DNA of 32,000 nucleotides from Blochmannia endosymbiont of Camponotus modoc (GCF_023585785.1 NZ_CP097765.1:210001-242000); one strand, 5' to 3'; shown: positions 9,868 through 22,537, counted from the stretch's first letter. The notes: generated from the sequence alone by a model not told the origin. A program made the numbers and translations.

Positions 9868-10422
9868 TTAATGATTCGAGAATGTCACTAAACTATAGGA
9901 ATTTATTTCTATTTTCTTTAATAATGATTTTCCACCTAAATTTTCTAAATCTATTATAAATCCAGCATGATTTACTTCCCCTCCTAACCGTCTGATTAAT
10001 TTTACTGTTGCTGCGATTGTTCCGCCCGTTGCTAGTAAATCATCTATAATTAAAACTTGGTCACCTGGAGTAATGGCATCGGTGTGTATTTCTAAGAATC
10101 CATTATCATATTCTAAAATATATGGCTCTCTAATAGTATCACGTGGTAATTTTCCTGATTTACGGGCTGGAATAAAACCTAGTTTCAGTATTAATGCTAA
10201 TGGAGCGCTGAATAAGAATCCTCTAGCTTCTATGCCTACTACTTTATTTAATTTATGATTTCTATAATGATAGGCCAAAAGAGTAATGCTTGCTGAATAT
10301 GCTTGAGGATTTTTTAACAATTCAGTGATATCTCGAAATAAAATGCCTTTTTTTGGATAATTAGGTACAAATTGGATACTTTTTTTGATCAATTCTAATT
10401 GTTGATCTGTAACATTTCTCAT
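9868..10422 (-). CDS. apt: Adenine phosphoribosyltransferase
   Basis: 184 aa with [15 protein letters not shown]-like N-terminus, [11 protein letters not shown] and [13 protein letters not shown] (PRPP-binding). Confidence 0.97.
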   Translation of the reverse strand: MRNVTDQQLELIKKSIQFVPNYPKKGILFRDITELLKNPQAYSASITLLAYHYRNHKLNKVVGIEARGFLFSAPLALILKLGFIPARKSGKLPRDTIREPYILEYDNGFLEIHTDAITPGDQVLIIDDLLATGGTIAATVKLIRRLGGEVNHAGFIIDLENLGGKSLLKKIEINSYSLVTFSNH

Positions 10423-11103
10423 ATTTTTTCAAAATAGAAACAATATTTATTTAGATTTGTATACATTTATATATAAATTTTTTGCCACTAAATTTTAGTA
10501 AACTACTTTATTCGTAAAACAATATTATATATTTGTATAATTTATAATATTGTTTTTTAATAAATATAATTTAAATATGATACATGTATCTTATATATAT
10601 TTTTAGTGAAAATTTCAAGTATTTATTTTAAATAAATGAATATTTTTTATAAGAATATTTTAAATAGATTGGTATATAAATGTATATAATTGAAATATGT
10701 ATTCAAATTATTTAGTTATTAATGATAAATGAGTACATGTTATTTTTTTTAAAAAAAAGCGTAAAATGATTATATAGTCAATATATAATGTATTTTAGGA
10801 TAAAAAATTATTAAATTTGAATATATTTTTCAAATATTATGAGCAATTTGTAAATTTTTTGTTTAAACATATTTAATTATTTGTAAAAGATATTTTTTAG
10901 TGATATTAGTATCGAACTAATTTAGATATTTTTGGTGGATTGTTTATTTGTATCTGCAGCATCGTACATTCTAAAGATTAAAAATTATGGTTTTTAGTAA
11001 AAGCATAAAAAATTGAAAAATTAGTATGTTTGAGAAAATATAAAACTATAATGATAAATATGTTCTAAAAAAAATAAACACAACACTTGCAATAACGATA
11101 TCT

Positions 11104-11128
11104 TGACTCATTTCTATTTCATGAGTCA
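11104..11128. terminator. Possible terminator-like stem-loop (TGACTCAT/ATGAGTCA)
   Basis: 8-bp perfect stem with a 9-nt loop, followed on the + strand by tatttttat. Weak and AT-rich. Confidence 0.3.
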
Positions 11129-11318
11129 TATTTTTATATGACCAAATATCCATTTGGCAGATCAAACAAAGATGCTGATAAATATTTCTATTTTATTATT
11201 AAAAGAACAGATACATTATCACTACCCCTCTGGAAGTGAAAATATGCAGTTATATTTTATTTTTTTATTAATACGAAAAACTCATAAAAATTAAAATGCC
11301 ACCTTACTTTTTACTTTA

Positions 11319-11427
11319 TCGGGATGCTAAACAAAAATACCCATCGTAGTTCTTTATTACGGCTGCTTCTTTCCAGACCTGACCGATTTTTTAAAAATTA
11401 TTATGGATAATTTGATAACATCCCTAC
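11319..11427 (-). ncRNA. ffs: 4.5S signal recognition particle RNA (boundaries approximate)
   Basis: The minus strand carries GGTCAGGTCTGGAAAGAAGCAGCC, nearly identical to the conserved SRP RNA apical domain (GGUCAGGUCCGGAAGGAAGCAGCC in E. coli). Flanks pair as TATCCAT/ATGGGTA and GGGATG/CATCCC. Confidence 0.9.
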
Positions 11428-11431
11428 GGAG

Positions 11432-11460
11432 ATTATCTGTGATTATCTTAAATTTTTCAA
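11432..11460 (-). promoter_or_regulatory. Sigma-70-type promoter of ffs
   Basis: On the minus strand: TTGAAA (11460-11455), a 17-nt spacer, then GATAAT (11437-11432), just upstream of the 4.5S RNA 5' end. Confidence 0.7.
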
Positions 11461-12166
11461 GTAATAATTAAATATTTAAGTATAAGTAAAGATTTAAACT
11501 AAAAATACATTTTGTGTTTGTAATCATGTGGTTTAAAAATATTTTTTAATTTCGAAATTAGTTGATTAAAACGTCTATAATGTGATTTATGAAGTGTGTG
11601 TGACTAAGATGACAGGATTTTTGTATTTTAATTTTAATTTAATATGCCTTGACTGTAAAACAAAAAATTTTTAATTATTTGCATGGATTTCTTATTAATT
11701 ACCATTTAATGCTAATAGTTAATATTGGTATTCAAAAAAAATATGTCAAATAGTTTGATTACTATTGTTCTTATCATCGAATAAAAATAAATACAGCGTA
11801 CTTAGTAATGCTGAACATATAATTTAATGGAAATATCATAGTCGTTAGGCATATATAGTATATACAAAATTTTTTAAAATAATTAAAACACACTAACCAT
11901 GGTATAAAAAAATGAGGAAGTGTTATACAAAAATATTAATTCTATTAAAATAACTTTTTTATTATTTAATCCATAATAATCAAAAATCAATAGTAATATT
12001 TAACTTTTTATGAATTTTTGTTAAAAAAATAAAAATTACTTCTATTTAATTAGAACATCATACTATAGTTCTTATATATATTTCATATGTGATTATTTTA
12101 ATACAACAAATGATACACCTTATTTTTATTGTATCTCTATGTTTTTTTTACGAATTACACGATATG

Positions 12167-14533
12167 TCATACTAATGATGCTTTAGGTGTTATTTCAGAA
12201 TTAAACGGGATATTTTGTAGCGCTAATATTAAAACTTCGTCTATTTGTTTGACTGGATGAATATCCAAATTATTAACTACAATAGCTGGCATATCTTCTA
12301 AATCGCGTTTGTTTTCATACGGTATTAATACTGTTTTAATGCCTCCTCGATGCGCAGCTAACAATTTTTCTTTTAATCCACCAATAGGTAATATTTGCCC
12401 CCTTAAAGTTATTTCTCCTGTCATCGCTACACTAGCTTTAACAGAATTTCCTGTTAAACAAGAAACTAAAGCAGTACACATAGCAATTCCAGCGCTTGGT
12501 CCGTCTTTCGGAGTAGCTCCTTCTGGTACATGTACATGAATATCTTTTTTTTCATAAAAATCAGTATTAATACCTAATTTATCTGCACGCGCTCTTACCA
12601 CAGTCAATGCAGCTTGAATAGATTCTTGCATAACTTCACCTAAAGATCCAGTATATGTCAATTTTCCTTTTCCAGGAACACAAGCAGTTTCAATAGTTAA
12701 AAGATCTCCTCCTACTTCAGTCCAAGCTAATCCCGTAACTTGCCCTACACGATTTTCTTGATCTGCATGAGTACAATCGTAGCGTTGCACACCAAGAAAG
12801 TCTTTTAAATTATTTTTATCAATGCTTATGTGTCTTATTTTTTTATTCATTAAAAGCATTTTTACTGTTTTACGACATAATTTAGAAATTTCACGTTCTA
12901 AATTACGTACTCCAGCTTCGCGCGTATAATGTCTAATAATATTTACTAAAGCATCGTCTTGAATTGTTAGTTCTTCTGGTTTTAAAGCGTTACGCTCTAT
13001 TTGTTTAGTAAATAAATGCTGTCGTGCTATATTTAACTTTTCATCTTCGGTATAACCAGATAAACGTATTACTTCCATTCGATCTAACAAAGGACTGGGA
13101 ATATCCATTGAGTTAGAAGTAGCAACAAACATAACATCAGACAAATCATAATCTATTTCTAAATAATGATCATTAAAAGCAGTATTTTGTTCTGGATCTA
13201 ATACTTCTAGCAAAGCAGCAGCTGGATCTCCACGCATATCTAAAGACATCTTATCTATTTCATCTAAAAGGAATAACGGATTCCTTACTCCAACTTTGGA
13301 CATCTTTTGTATAAGTTTACCAGGCATGGATCCAATGTAGGTACGACGGTGGCCTCTAATTTCGGCTTCATCGCGCATACCACCTAAAGCCATACGTATA
13401 TATTTACGTCCAGTTGCTTTGGCGATAGATCGCCCAAGTGATGTTTTACCTACTCCAGGGGGTCCTACTAAACATAAAATAGGGCCTTTAATTTTGTTTA
13501 TTCTATTTTGTACTGCTAAATATTCTAAAATTCTATCTTTAACACGCTCTAATCCGTAGTGGTCTTTGTCCAGGCTTTCTTGAGCTTTAAGTAAATCTTT
13601 TTTCATTTTACTTCTTGCATGCCAAGGTACTGATAGTATCCAATCAATATATCCACGAACTACAGCAGCTTCAGCAGACATAGGGGACATCATTTTTAAT
13701 TTTTGCCACTCTGATTCTACTTTTTTTCGTGCCTCTTTAGGCATTTTAGCTGCCTCTATTTTGCGTCTAAGAGATTCATTTTCGTCAATAACAGCATCTA
13801 GTTCTCCCAGTTCTTTTTGTATAGCTTTCATTTGTTCATTTAAGTAATACTCACGTTGGCTCTTTTCCATTTGTTTTTTTACACGATTGCGAATACGTTT
13901 TTCAACTTGTAATAATTCAATTTCTGATTCCATCATTGCTATTAAATATTCTAGTCTTTCTGTAACATCTGACATTTCTAAAATGGATTGTTTATCATCT
14001 AATTTGAGTGGCATATGAGCGGCGATGGTATCAGCAAGACGATCTGCATTGTCAATATTATTCAAGGATGTTAAAACTTCAGAGGGTATTTTCTTATTAA
14101 GTTTAAGAAATCCTTCAAATTGATTAATAACAGTGCGCATTAGAACTTTTTGTTCACGTTCGTTTAATTCGTTAGGATGAAAAAAAGCACTTGCTTGAGC
14201 TTTAAAGTGATTTCCAGTATCAATTAACTCAATGATACGGGCGCGCTCTAGTCCTTCTACTAATACTTTGACTGTACCATCTGGTAATTTGAGCATCTGT
14301 AATATTATAGATACTGTTCCAACTGAAAAAAGGTCATTAATACTTGGTTCATCGGTTGATGCTTCTTTTTGAGCTACTAACATAACTTTTTTGTCGTCAT
14401 TCATGGCGGATTCGAGACATCTAATTGATTTGTCCCGACCAACGAATAACGGAATCACCATATGTGGATACACCACTACATCACGCAAAGGCAATACAGG
14501 GATTTCTATGCGCTCAGTTTGATCAGTATTCAT
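12167..14533 (-). CDS. lon: ATP-dependent protease La (Lon)
   Basis: 788 aa with an N-terminal LON domain, the GPPGVGKTSLGRSIA Walker A and the proteolytic site PEGATPKDGPSAGIAM. Confidence 0.98.
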   Translation of the reverse strand: MNTDQTERIEIPVLPLRDVVVYPHMVIPLFVGRDKSIRCLESAMNDDKKVMLVAQKEASTDEPSINDLFSVGTVSIILQMLKLPDGTVKVLVEGLERARIIELIDTGNHFKAQASAFFHPNELNEREQKVLMRTVINQFEGFLKLNKKIPSEVLTSLNNIDNADRLADTIAAHMPLKLDDKQSILEMSDVTERLEYLIAMMESEIELLQVEKRIRNRVKKQMEKSQREYYLNEQMKAIQKELGELDAVIDENESLRRKIEAAKMPKEARKKVESEWQKLKMMSPMSAEAAVVRGYIDWILSVPWHARSKMKKDLLKAQESLDKDHYGLERVKDRILEYLAVQNRINKIKGPILCLVGPPGVGKTSLGRSIAKATGRKYIRMALGGMRDEAEIRGHRRTYIGSMPGKLIQKMSKVGVRNPLFLLDEIDKMSLDMRGDPAAALLEVLDPEQNTAFNDHYLEIDYDLSDVMFVATSNSMDIPSPLLDRMEVIRLSGYTEDEKLNIARQHLFTKQIERNALKPEELTIQDDALVNIIRHYTREAGVRNLEREISKLCRKTVKMLLMNKKIRHISIDKNNLKDFLGVQRYDCTHADQENRVGQVTGLAWTEVGGDLLTIETACVPGKGKLTYTGSLGEVMQESIQAALTVVRARADKLGINTDFYEKKDIHVHVPEGATPKDGPSAGIAMCTALVSCLTGNSVKASVAMTGEITLRGQILPIGGLKEKLLAAHRGGIKTVLIPYENKRDLEDMPAIVVNNLDIHPVKQIDEVLILALQNIPFNSEITPKASLV

Positions 14534-14619
14534 AGAGCGATCTCTCTTGGTTATAACTTGTTAATATTATAACATCTTTGATATTCAGCTGCACCATTTT
14601 AATAACCAAATGCTTAAAA

Positions 14620-14647
14620 ATATGGGGACAAATTAATTATATTCAAC
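14620..14647 (-). promoter_or_regulatory. Sigma-32 heat-shock promoter of lon
   Basis: On the minus strand: (G)TTGAA, N14, CCCCATAT. This matches the sigma-32 consensus and the E. coli lon promoter layout. Confidence 0.8.
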
Positions 14648-15871
14648 ATCGAGCATTATGAAAAATAAAAAATAAATAATTATTTATACCGAATTTATTT
14701 TATTATTTAACATTTATTAGATTTTAATTACGTAAAAAAATTATTTTTATGTATTAAAACACGCTTAGTATTTTTAATAATTTAATTTTCATTAAAATAT
14801 GTATATATAAGTATGTTCTAATAAAGCTATTAACTATTTTAATTTTTCAGATATAATTGTTTATTTTATTGAAAGTATATTAGTGTAATCAGTATTTCTG
14901 ATATATATAGTTTTACATGCATGTAAAGTTAATCATGTTAACTTGATAAAACATTAAATCATATTTTTTAGATACCAAGTAATTAATTATTTTTTTTGAA
15001 TAATAAATTTGTGTCTAAATAAGTGAATGTACTTCATAACATAATTAGATATCATATTATTATGAACAGATAATTTTTATCTGTCATCAGTAATTATAAT
15101 TACAAGGTTTTAATTTAATTTAATAATAGAAATGCAACAATATTTGAATTTATGTGTAAATATGATGATATACCAAAATTTGGTAAAAGATTTATTTTTG
15201 TAAAACTATTTTTTAATGATGGTAGCAGACTATATTGATAAATAATTCTTGTTATTAATAGTTTTAGATGCGTAAATTGTCGATTATATAAAGATTGTAT
15301 GATTATATGTTATCTCAATCAATTAACGTTTGTATAGATTAAGAGTATTTTATCTTCTATCATGTTGTGATGTGTTTTTATTATGTTTATAATTACTCAG
15401 AAGAGATTACTGTTTTTATTAATACTTTAATTAAATAATTAAAAAAATAATTATTTTTAAAAATTAAAGTTTTTGATGTTATTTGTATGTATGACTATTT
15501 CAATGGAAATTATGTTATCATTGATATTATTTATTTTCAGATAATGTGTAGATATAAATTCATATATTTAACAATTTTCTATTTTGATATTTTTTATTTA
15601 TTATTTATTAAAACTTTAATTAAAATTAGATATATGTTAGTAGCGACCTAAATTAGAGAAGTTATAATTTATATACTCGATAATATTTATGTAATAATTA
15701 ATTACATCTAAAAATATAATTAACTTTTAAAAAGTTATTCTTTACACTGTAAAACTATAAAATTTGTTAAATCGATACATTAATTTTATTGATTATGTAT
15801 ATCTGTGTATAACATGTATTTTTACGATTTAAAAAAAGATCTTTTCAGTAAAAATGTATGTAATTTTTATT

Positions 15872-17212
15872 TTAAATACCTGCTATTTTCATAGAAGATA
15901 TTAAAACGGATCCACAATGAATATGATTACGTGTTTCAATATCGTGTCCAATAGCATCAATATTATAAAACATATCTTTTAGATTGCCAGCAATAGCAAT
16001 TTCATTTACTGGATATTGAATATTCCCGTTTTCTACCCAAAAACCAGCTACTCCACGTGAATAATCTCCGGTAGTAATATTAATTCCTTGCCCCATTATA
16101 TTAGTGACAACAAGGCCGCGTCGCATATTCTTAATTAATTCCACAAAACTTAAATTTTGATAACTAATATACCAATTATAGATGCCGTCAGCATGTCCAG
16201 TGTTTTTTAATCCCATTTTACGCGCAGAATAACTGTTTAAAATCCAACTATTTAATATACCATCTTCTACAATAGTGCGGTTTAAAGTTTGTACCCCTTC
16301 GCTATCAAATGGGGCCGAGCCCAATCCTTTTAATACATGTGGGCGTTCTTTAATTGATATCCAAGAAGGAAAAATTTTTTTCTTCAGATCATTTAATAAA
16401 AAAGTAGATTTACGAAATACATTATCCCCATGAATAGCACTTGCTAAATGGTGGAATAAACTTGTGGCTACTTCTGCAGAGAACAATACTGGAGATTCCA
16501 TTGTTTTTAATTTTTTAGGATTTAAATGATTTAGAGCGCGTTGAGCACATTCTTGTCCAACCCATTCTGGTGAACGTAAATCATCAAATGAACGACTTAA
16601 TGTATATGCATAATTTTGTTCCATAATATCATTGCTTGCAGCAATCACACCACAACATAAAGAATGTTGGCTACTGGTGTAACTTTGTAACATACCATGA
16701 CTATTCCCGAAAACCTTAGTAGTAAAATAACTGCTAAATCTACCTCCTTCAGTATAAATTATACGTTTATCATATTTTAATGCTGTTTCTTCTGCTGTAG
16801 ATGCTAGAGTCACTCCTAATTTAGTATCTAAACTAATTGGATGAAATAAGTCAAGATTCATAGAATTGAATGCTAATAGTTCTTTATCGGCAATTCCAGC
16901 ATATGGGTCTGGAGAAGTATAAGATGCTATATCCGCTGCAGCTTCCACAGTACGGTTTATTGTTTTCTTATTTAAATCATTCGAAAGAGCATTGCCTTTT
17001 CGTTGTTGACGAAATATAGTTATGTCTAAGATACCGCGATTATTAAATTCTACATTTTCAAGTTTTCCGTAGCGAGTACTGACTGTGATTCCTGTAGTTT
17101 TAACTACTGAAACTTCCACTTCATTTGAATATGCATGTGCTAAACTTAATGTGTGATTTACTATATTTTCTAAAAAATTACGTTGTTGTATCACGTCATC
17201 TATGTCATTCAT
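15872..17212 (-). CDS. pmbA: TldE/PmbA, subunit of the TldD/E metalloprotease
   Basis: 446 aa PmbA/TldA family protein with [22 protein letters not shown]-like N-terminus, [39 protein letters not shown] and [12 protein letters not shown]. Confidence 0.93.
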   Translation of the reverse strand: MNDIDDVIQQRNFLENIVNHTLSLAHAYSNEVEVSVVKTTGITVSTRYGKLENVEFNNRGILDITIFRQQRKGNALSNDLNKKTINRTVEAAADIASYTSPDPYAGIADKELLAFNSMNLDLFHPISLDTKLGVTLASTAEETALKYDKRIIYTEGGRFSSYFTTKVFGNSHGMLQSYTSSQHSLCCGVIAASNDIMEQNYAYTLSRSFDDLRSPEWVGQECAQRALNHLNPKKLKTMESPVLFSAEVATSLFHHLASAIHGDNVFRKSTFLLNDLKKKIFPSWISIKERPHVLKGLGSAPFDSEGVQTLNRTIVEDGILNSWILNSYSARKMGLKNTGHADGIYNWYISYQNLSFVELIKNMRRGLVVTNIMGQGINITTGDYSRGVAGFWVENGNIQYPVNEIAIAGNLKDMFYNIDAIGHDIETRNHIHCGSVLISSMKIAGI

Positions 17213-17664
17213 ATTATCCTCCTGTAATAAGAATTCCTAATTAACATAAACGGCTCCTAATATGGATGTATATTTATTAACATCGGTTACCGATGTTAAT
17301 AAATATACATCATGATATAAAAAATAAAAATTTGTTTTTTAATTAATGAAAATTCACCAATTAAAAATTATCATAAATATAGTATTTGATAATAATTAAT
17401 AACACGAATATAAGCAATATCATTGAAATTAATATTTCCTGAGATATGAGAAATTAGATGAAAACACGATTACACAATTATATGTCTATGCTTCGGTTCA
17501 AAACATTATAAATTACTATCAGTAATATAGACTATATGTAGTATATATATTTGTTATAGTCAAAGCTCACATATAAATAATAATAATATTTGATAATAAT
17601 TACATTATTATTATTATTTAATTTTTATTACTTAATAATGGGGTATGTATCATGATCAATTGAA

Positions 17665-19128
17665 TTAATTAGTACCTCCAACAGTGATATTATTTAATTT
17701 TATTGTTGGTTGACCGACGCTAACTGGTATGTTTTGTCCATTTTTTATACATGTGCCTACTCCTTTATCTAAGGATAGATCGTTACCAACCATGGAAACA
17801 CTTTTCATGATTTCGATGCCTGATCCTATTAAAGTAGCTCCCTTTATAGATTTGGTGATGCGACCTTTTTCTATTAGGAAAGCTTCAGATGCAGAAAAAA
17901 CAAACTTGCCCGATGTAATATCTACTTGTCCTCCGCTAAAATTTGAAGCATATACTCCGTAATCTACACTGTTGATAATTTCTTCTGGAGTCGATTGACC
18001 TGGCAACATATAAGTATTAGTCATACGCGGCATAGGTAAGGAAGCATATGATTCTCGTCTACCGTTTCCTGTCGAGGTACATCCCATTAGTTTAGCATTT
18101 AGTTTATCCTGCATGTATCCTTGTAAGATACCATTTTTAATTAAAATATTATATTGACCAGGCATTCCTTCATCATCAATAGTTAATGATCCACGTGATC
18201 CCTTCAGTGTAGCATCATCTACTATTGTACATAATTCGGAAGCTACTATTTTTCCGATTTTGTTAGAAAATACCGAACTACCTCTTCTATTAAAATCTCC
18301 TTCTAGACCATGCCCTACCGCTTCATGCAATAAAATACCAGGCCAACCTGATCCCAAAACTACTGTCATAGTTCCTGCTGGAGCTGCTACAGCTTCAAGA
18401 TTAATCAAACTCATTTGAACAGCATCTTTAGCCCAACAGTCGGCTCGAATTTCTCCTTCTGCAATAGTATCATCTAAAAAAAAATCGTACCCAAATCGCC
18501 CACCGCCACCACTTATTCCTTGTTCTCTTTTTCCATCTTGCTCCGATTGCACTAATATAGACAAACGTACTAACGGTCGAACATCTGCGGATAAAGTACC
18601 ATCTGTAGCTGCTACTAAAATTTGCTCGTAAACACCTGATAAATTGGCATTAACTTTTTGTACTCTAGAATCAGCAGCACGTGCTACTTTGTCTATTCTC
18701 ATTAATAGTTCAATTTTTTCGTCTTTAGATATACTAGACAGTGGATTCATATAGGAATATGCAGTAGGATAAATATCTTTATGTTTCTTTAAATCAACAG
18801 TAATATTGTTATTGCAATGACGTTCGTTTGTAATGCTGGTAGCAGCTTGCATGCTACGCATCAATGCATCTAGAGTTAATTGATCAGTGTAAGCAAATCC
18901 AGTTTGTTCGCCTATGATTACTCGCGCACCAGCACCCTGATCTATGGTGTAGGATCCATATTTAATGATACTATCTTCAAGAGCCCATGTTTCATGACAG
19001 CATGATTGAAAATATAGATCTGCGTAATCTATTTGGAATTTTTCTGTCATATCTAATAAATATAAAAGATCATTATGTTGCAAATTATTAGGTGTGAGTA
19101 GTCTTTCAATCACAAAATCTAAGTTCAT
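17665..19128 (-). CDS. tldD: TldD metalloprotease
   Basis: 487 aa with [25 protein letters not shown] (HExxxH) and the C-terminal [24 protein letters not shown]. Confidence 0.97.
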   Translation of the reverse strand: MNLDFVIERLLTPNNLQHNDLLYLLDMTEKFQIDYADLYFQSCCHETWALEDSIIKYGSYTIDQGAGARVIIGEQTGFAYTDQLTLDALMRSMQAATSITNERHCNNNITVDLKKHKDIYPTAYSYMNPLSSISKDEKIELLMRIDKVARAADSRVQKVNANLSGVYEQILVAATDGTLSADVRPLVRLSILVQSEQDGKREQGISGGGGRFGYDFFLDDTIAEGEIRADCWAKDAVQMSLINLEAVAAPAGTMTVVLGSGWPGILLHEAVGHGLEGDFNRRGSSVFSNKIGKIVASELCTIVDDATLKGSRGSLTIDDEGMPGQYNILIKNGILQGYMQDKLNAKLMGCTSTGNGRRESYASLPMPRMTNTYMLPGQSTPEEIINSVDYGVYASNFSGGQVDITSGKFVFSASEAFLIEKGRITKSIKGATLIGSGIEIMKSVSMVGNDLSLDKGVGTCIKNGQNIPVSVGQPTIKLNNITVGGTN

Positions 19129-19658
19129 ATAACCTCTATTTAAAATATGATACTAGTATATACCCCGCCAATTTGGCAAGAATTTTTAAAATATGTACTT
19201 TTAATAATTTTATATGTTTTTATTTAAGTTCTATTTAATATTGGTTAATGTTATGATATGCTTGTGTTCTTTTATTTTGAGATACTTTAATATCATTAAA
19301 ACATACTGATTTTTCAGTATATTTATACTAAATTAAATACTTTATCAGTCTTATTTTTTCTTACGCACGTGCATACACATATATGCATATTTTTAATTAA
19401 ATGATCTTAATAAGATAGCGCTTATAATTCATTAAATCAATTAAAGATTTATATTTATTTAACTGTAATGATTCTCTTTTTATAGAAAAAATACAATATT
19501 TAATTTCTATTTAAAACTTTCATGACATTACTTAGATAGTGTTGTTGGTAGTAATTTTAATTTTTTATAAGTTTATATATATTTATATTTATTCAACTGA
19601 GATAATTATTCGATGTTAATTATTACTATTAGTATTTTAAAAATCATCAATTATTAAA

Positions 19659-20204
19659 TTAGTTTCGATGGATTTTATGCATTAAAAGAACTAAAAATGG
19701 CCATGTTCCGCCATCTAATAGGCAATTCCAAAAAATTTCTGGTGTACATAAAACTTTGGTTATCAAAAATTTTACTAAAAATATAATACTTTGATTAATG
19801 AACGAAAAAAATATGATAATAAAAGACTGTTGCCAAATAGGCATGTATCTAAAAAAATAAATGTTTCGGCTTACTAAATAAGCAAGTATACTCAAAGATA
19901 AAGAGTGTATTCCTAAAGTAGAGCCTAGTATAATATCAATTATTAATCCTACAGTAAATCCAGTACCGATGTTTACCTGATTTGGAAGTATCGTAATCCA
20001 ACGAATCAACAATATCATTGTCCAGGATGGATGCACATTCCATATTCGAGGATAAAAGGGAATAATTTGTAAAAAAATTGCAATTATAAAAGAACTGTAT
20101 ACTACCCACAGTTTATAGCTGTTGAATTTATTGTGCATTTTTTTCAAGTTGTTTATATTGCAAATATAATTATGTTGAATAACATATTTATATATATTAA
20201 TCAT
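19659..20204 (-). CDS. mreD: Rod-shape-determining protein MreD
   Basis: 181 aa membrane protein with QVNIGTGFTVGLIIDIILGSTLG, located directly after mreC in the mreBCD order. The N-terminus may be over-extended in the track. Confidence 0.9.
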   Translation of the reverse strand: MINIYKYVIQHNYICNINNLKKMHNKFNSYKLWVVYSSFIIAIFLQIIPFYPRIWNVHPSWTMILLIRWITILPNQVNIGTGFTVGLIIDIILGSTLGIHSLSLSILAYLVSRNIYFFRYMPIWQQSFIIIFFSFINQSIIFLVKFLITKVLCTPEIFWNCLLDGGTWPFLVLLMHKIHRN

Positions 20205-20252
20205 TATTAATAATGGATTTAATAGATAAACATTTGAATATTAATTTCAGAA

Positions 20253-21068
20253 CTATTCCCAAATTAATACTGCATAACATAAAGATTGTAATTTAACTGT
20301 TGGATGTGCTTGAATGATAGTTGAATCTTGTTCTGAATCTACCATTATATTAGACACGATTGCTACTGGATATCCTTCCGGGAAACGACCATCTAATCCA
20401 GATGTTATCAACATGTCACCAACACATACATCCAGATATCCTGGATATTCTGCACGCAAATCTGCTCCATATCCACAGCCCATTAAAATAAAACGCATAT
20501 TATTACGCTTTATTTGTACCGGTAAAGCGTGTTCAGGATCACAAATTAACATGACACGGCTACTAAGTGTATTGGTAGAAATGACTTGTCCTATTATTCC
20601 TGCATCAGTGATAACTGGTTGACCAATGTAAATATTATTATTTTTGCCTTGGTTTATTGTAACTTTATTACCGTATGAATCTGCGTTAACAAAAAGAATT
20701 CTGGCAATTATTTTTCGTTTGTCGTAACACATAGGAGAATTAAGTAATTCATGTAACTTGCAATTTTCACGTTTATACTGGTCTATTAATAATAATTCAC
20801 TGTTTTTTAAAAATAACTCTTGACGCAATGTATTATTTTCCAATATTAATTCATTATACCCTTCTAACACTTTTGTGGTATAATCATATATGTTACGTGA
20901 CTTATCGCATAAATAATAAAACAAATAAACAGAATTGTCTATGTAACTTCTTAATTTTAAAAACATATTTAATTTTCCATCGGCAATAATAATAACAACA
21001 GACATTATTATTGCCAAAAACAAACGTAATTCTAAATAAGGAAATTTATTACTTACAGCGCTATACAT
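20253..21068 (-). CDS. mreC: Rod-shape-determining protein MreC, lacking the long C-terminal tail
   Basis: 271 aa with LENNTLRQELFLKNSELLLIDQYKREN, GQPVITDAGIIGQV and GLDGRFPEGYPVAIVS. Confidence 0.95.
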   Translation of the reverse strand: MYSAVSNKFPYLELRLFLAIIMSVVIIIADGKLNMFLKLRSYIDNSVYLFYYLCDKSRNIYDYTTKVLEGYNELILENNTLRQELFLKNSELLLIDQYKRENCKLHELLNSPMCYDKRKIIARILFVNADSYGNKVTINQGKNNNIYIGQPVITDAGIIGQVISTNTLSSRVMLICDPEHALPVQIKRNNMRFILMGCGYGADLRAEYPGYLDVCVGDMLITSGLDGRFPEGYPVAIVSNIMVDSEQDSTIIQAHPTVKLQSLCYAVLIWE

Positions 21069-21188
21069 GGAAAGATACCTTGAGTTTAAAAAAATATTAA
21101 TTAATATATATTACAAAAGGAATTTATTTTAATTTATATGATTTTATCAACTTAAAATTATAAAAAATTATTCTATAGCGCTTTAAAA

Positions 21189-22238
<1,050 letters not shown>

Positions 22239-22537
22239 CTAAAATAGTATTATAATTTTTCTTTAAATTATTCATTCTTTATTAAGTCCTCTCGAAAAAC
22301 AATAAAATAAAATGATTACACAATATCACTGAACATATTTTAAGTTATTGTGTTTAAAATATTACATATTATTTAATATTTTGTATTTATTTAATATAAA
22401 AATTAAGATTTTAACTACATAAAAATGTTTATATTATAATACATAATATAAACATATTGCATGACGAATATAATTATATATGTGTATTGCAAATTTATAC
22501 TTGTGCACTATATAAACAATACCATATAATATTATTA

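Noticed and set aside
10073-12539. Antisense ORFs over apt (10073-10258) and lon (12309-12539)
   Set aside because: Shadow ORFs within strong conserved genes.
17481-17530. tRNA-like T-arm motif (cggttcaaaac)
   Set aside because: No complementary stem, acceptor or anticodon arm could be formed around it.
17580-17640. AT-only low-complexity repeats (ataataataat...)
   Set aside because: Explained by extreme base composition; no defined unit or structure beyond that.
17729-20622. Antisense ORFs over tldD (17729-17962) and mreC (20314-20622)
   Set aside because: Shadow ORFs without independent support.
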